A program made the position numbers and the translations under genes. Below the pieces are notes generated by a model, which worked only from the letters and a program-made list of their open reading frames with translations, had not been told where the DNA came from and did not search any database. This document shows, one piece after another, positions 61,925-64,000 of a DNA stretch of 64,000 nt (the stretch's first letter is position 1; every line of letters begins with the position of its first letter). The DNA is from Eledone cirrhosa (Eukaryota): positions 145,762,001 to 145,826,000 of the forward strand of contig OZ024743.1 of assembly GCA_964016885.1 (NCBI GenBank). Direction: 5' to 3'.

Positions 61925-63795
61925 AGTGTATTGGTCAGAACTGTATCTGGCAGGTTTTCTATGGCTGGATGCCCTACCTAACACCAACCACATATACAGT
62001 GTGGACTGGGAGCCTTTTTGCAATGACACCTACAAGACCACTTTACAGTGTGGACTGGATGTTCTGTGGTACCAACATAACTTTACACAGAAAGGGTGGT
62101 GTGGGTGGAAGTGGGAGGATGGGGGGAGGGGTAGTGGGGTGGGGTGTATATTTGGTTAAGAGGTGCCTACTGACTATAGGTTTAACCTTGTACGTAAGGA
62201 AAGGTGGGTCTTCGTCTTCTGTATTACTGCGTAGCACCAAAGGTCTTGATCCAGTGACATTGTCTTAGAGAGGTGTAAGTGTGCAAGGTCAGTTTTTATC
62301 ATGTCGTCCCAGGTTTTCCTGGGTCTACCTACTCCATAGCTTCGATCAATTTTGATCGCCCTGCACTTCTTTATACAGCTGTCATCTTTCATGTGCATCA
62401 CATGACTATACCAACGTAGTCTTCTCTCAAATAAACAGCATCTGATCCCTCTTATTCCTAATTTCTCGCTTAGTTCATTTATGCTTTCCCGTTCACGTAT
62501 ATTACTATTACACATCCAACGGAGCATGCGTGCTTCGTTTCTTTCCAGTCTGTGCAGGTTCTCTGCACACAATGCCCATGTCTCACTGCCATGTAACATT
62601 GTTTGTATACAAGCATCATACAATCTGCCTTTCATTTTTAGAGAGAAACCTTTTGTGACCAAAGCGGTATTAACTCTCTGAACTTTTTCCATCCTGTTCT
62701 AACTTTGGCTACTGTACCTTCAGAGCACCCTCTTCCACTGCTGATTTTGTCACCCAGGTAACGGAAAGTGTCTACTATTTCTATAGAACCATCTGGGCAG
62801 TTGAAGGAGCTAGTATCCAGTGGGCACTTGCTACTTACTGTACCTGAGCATCTGCCACATATAAAATCTACATTCTTAGATAGCTTACCTGTGATCCCAC
62901 TACATCTTTTATGTACCCATAGTTTGCATTTGGGGCATAGAATGGAATTTCTACCTACACCTTTCTTACACAATGAGCATAGCCATTTCCAAGAGGGCAT
63001 TTGTACCCTATTTTCCTTTCTACATACTAGAACTTTAGTCTTAGACAAGTTAACTTTAAGTTAACTTTTGATTCACGGCCATGTTTCCATGTTTGGAATT
63101 TCTTCTCTAGTTCAGCCATATATTCAGCTATGAGAGTTAGATCATCTGCATATAGAAGTTCCCATGGGGAGCCAGTCTTAAACTCTTCTGTTATAGTCTG
63201 TAGGGCAATAATAAACGGGGGGGGGCTAAGGACAGAGCCTTGACGAACACCTACGTTTAGGCTAAATTCTTCCCTATAGTCATTGTTAATTCTAATTTTG
63301 CTGACTGTTCCTCTATACATAGCTTGTATGGCTCTCACAAGCCATTCATCTACTCTTAGTTTTCTAAGAGCCCACCAGATAATGGCACAGGGGACTCTGT
63401 CAAAGGCTTTCTCCAAGTCAACAAAAAGCTAAGTAGAAGGGCTTACTTTTAGCTAGGAACTTCTCCTGTAGTTGCCATACAAGGAAGAGAGCATCCATGG
63501 TACTTTTACCTGGCACAAACCCAAATTGCATTTCATCTAGATCAATTCAGTCTCTAATCAGTTGTGCAATAACTCTTTCTGTCACCTTCATGACCTGGTC
63601 AACTAACTTAATGCCTCTATAGTTTTCTCTATCTAGAGCATCTCCTTTGTCCTTGTAGCAGTTAACGACGATGATGCTATACCAGTCATTTGGTATGGCC
63701 CCGTTCTGTATTACTTGGTTTACTATCCGGGTGACCATAGTATGTCCCACCATTCCAGATGCTTTCAACATCTCAGCAACTATCTCCAAAGGCCC
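61925..63795 (-). mobile_element. Frameshifted RTE LINE with Cys-rich insert in the RT C-terminal region
   Basis: NYRGIKL, EKAFDRVP, GVRQGSVLSP, LLYADDL, CSLC...CPKC..WVHKRC, HGSETWA, RLRWYSH. Confidence 0.85.
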
Positions 63796-64000
63796 ATATA
63801 TATATATAATCATCATCATCATTTTACGTCCGCTTTTCCCTGCTTGCAAGGGTGGGACGGGAACTGATTCTGGCTTGATTTCTACAGCTGGATGCCCTTC
63901 CTAACACCAACCTCATTTATAGTGAGTGCTGGGTGCTTTTTTGCCGTGGCACCTCCACGACCACTTTGCAGTGGAATGATAGGGATCCCAGTCCTATCAT

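Overview
Eukaryotic, AT-rich, microsatellite-dense genomic DNA, almost entirely transposable elements, with a 200-N gap at 21775-21974. The repeat set (RTE LINEs with C-terminal C2H2 fingers, Nin-domain and CORE-like tRNA SINEs, heavy TA/CA/CATA/TAA tracts) suggests an octopus-like cephalopod; this is inference. The first ~44 kb is a pile-up of non-LTR retrotransposons in microsatellites: an intact 1216-aa R4/Dong-type RT+restriction-like-endonuclease (RLE) element and a truncated relative in (TAA)n; a near-intact Tx1/L1 element in (ATT)n; and two further RLE families, RTE LINEs and a bipartite RTE-derived non-autonomous element stacked with fixed polarity in (CATA)n/(TATG)n. Penelope-like remnants carry about ten hammerhead ribozyme motifs. 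The last 20 kb holds decayed RTE, CR1-group, CRE-type, Tigger and mariner fragments, a ~400-bp fold-back duplication and one candidate terminal host exon. Best leads: (1) a covarying pseudoknot leader shared between the Dong-type element and RTE-derived elements; (2) RLE families that appear to target the (TATG)n tails laid down by RTE elements; (3) a Nin-SINE whose 3' end matches the Tx1 element. All alignments and RNA folds were done by eye.
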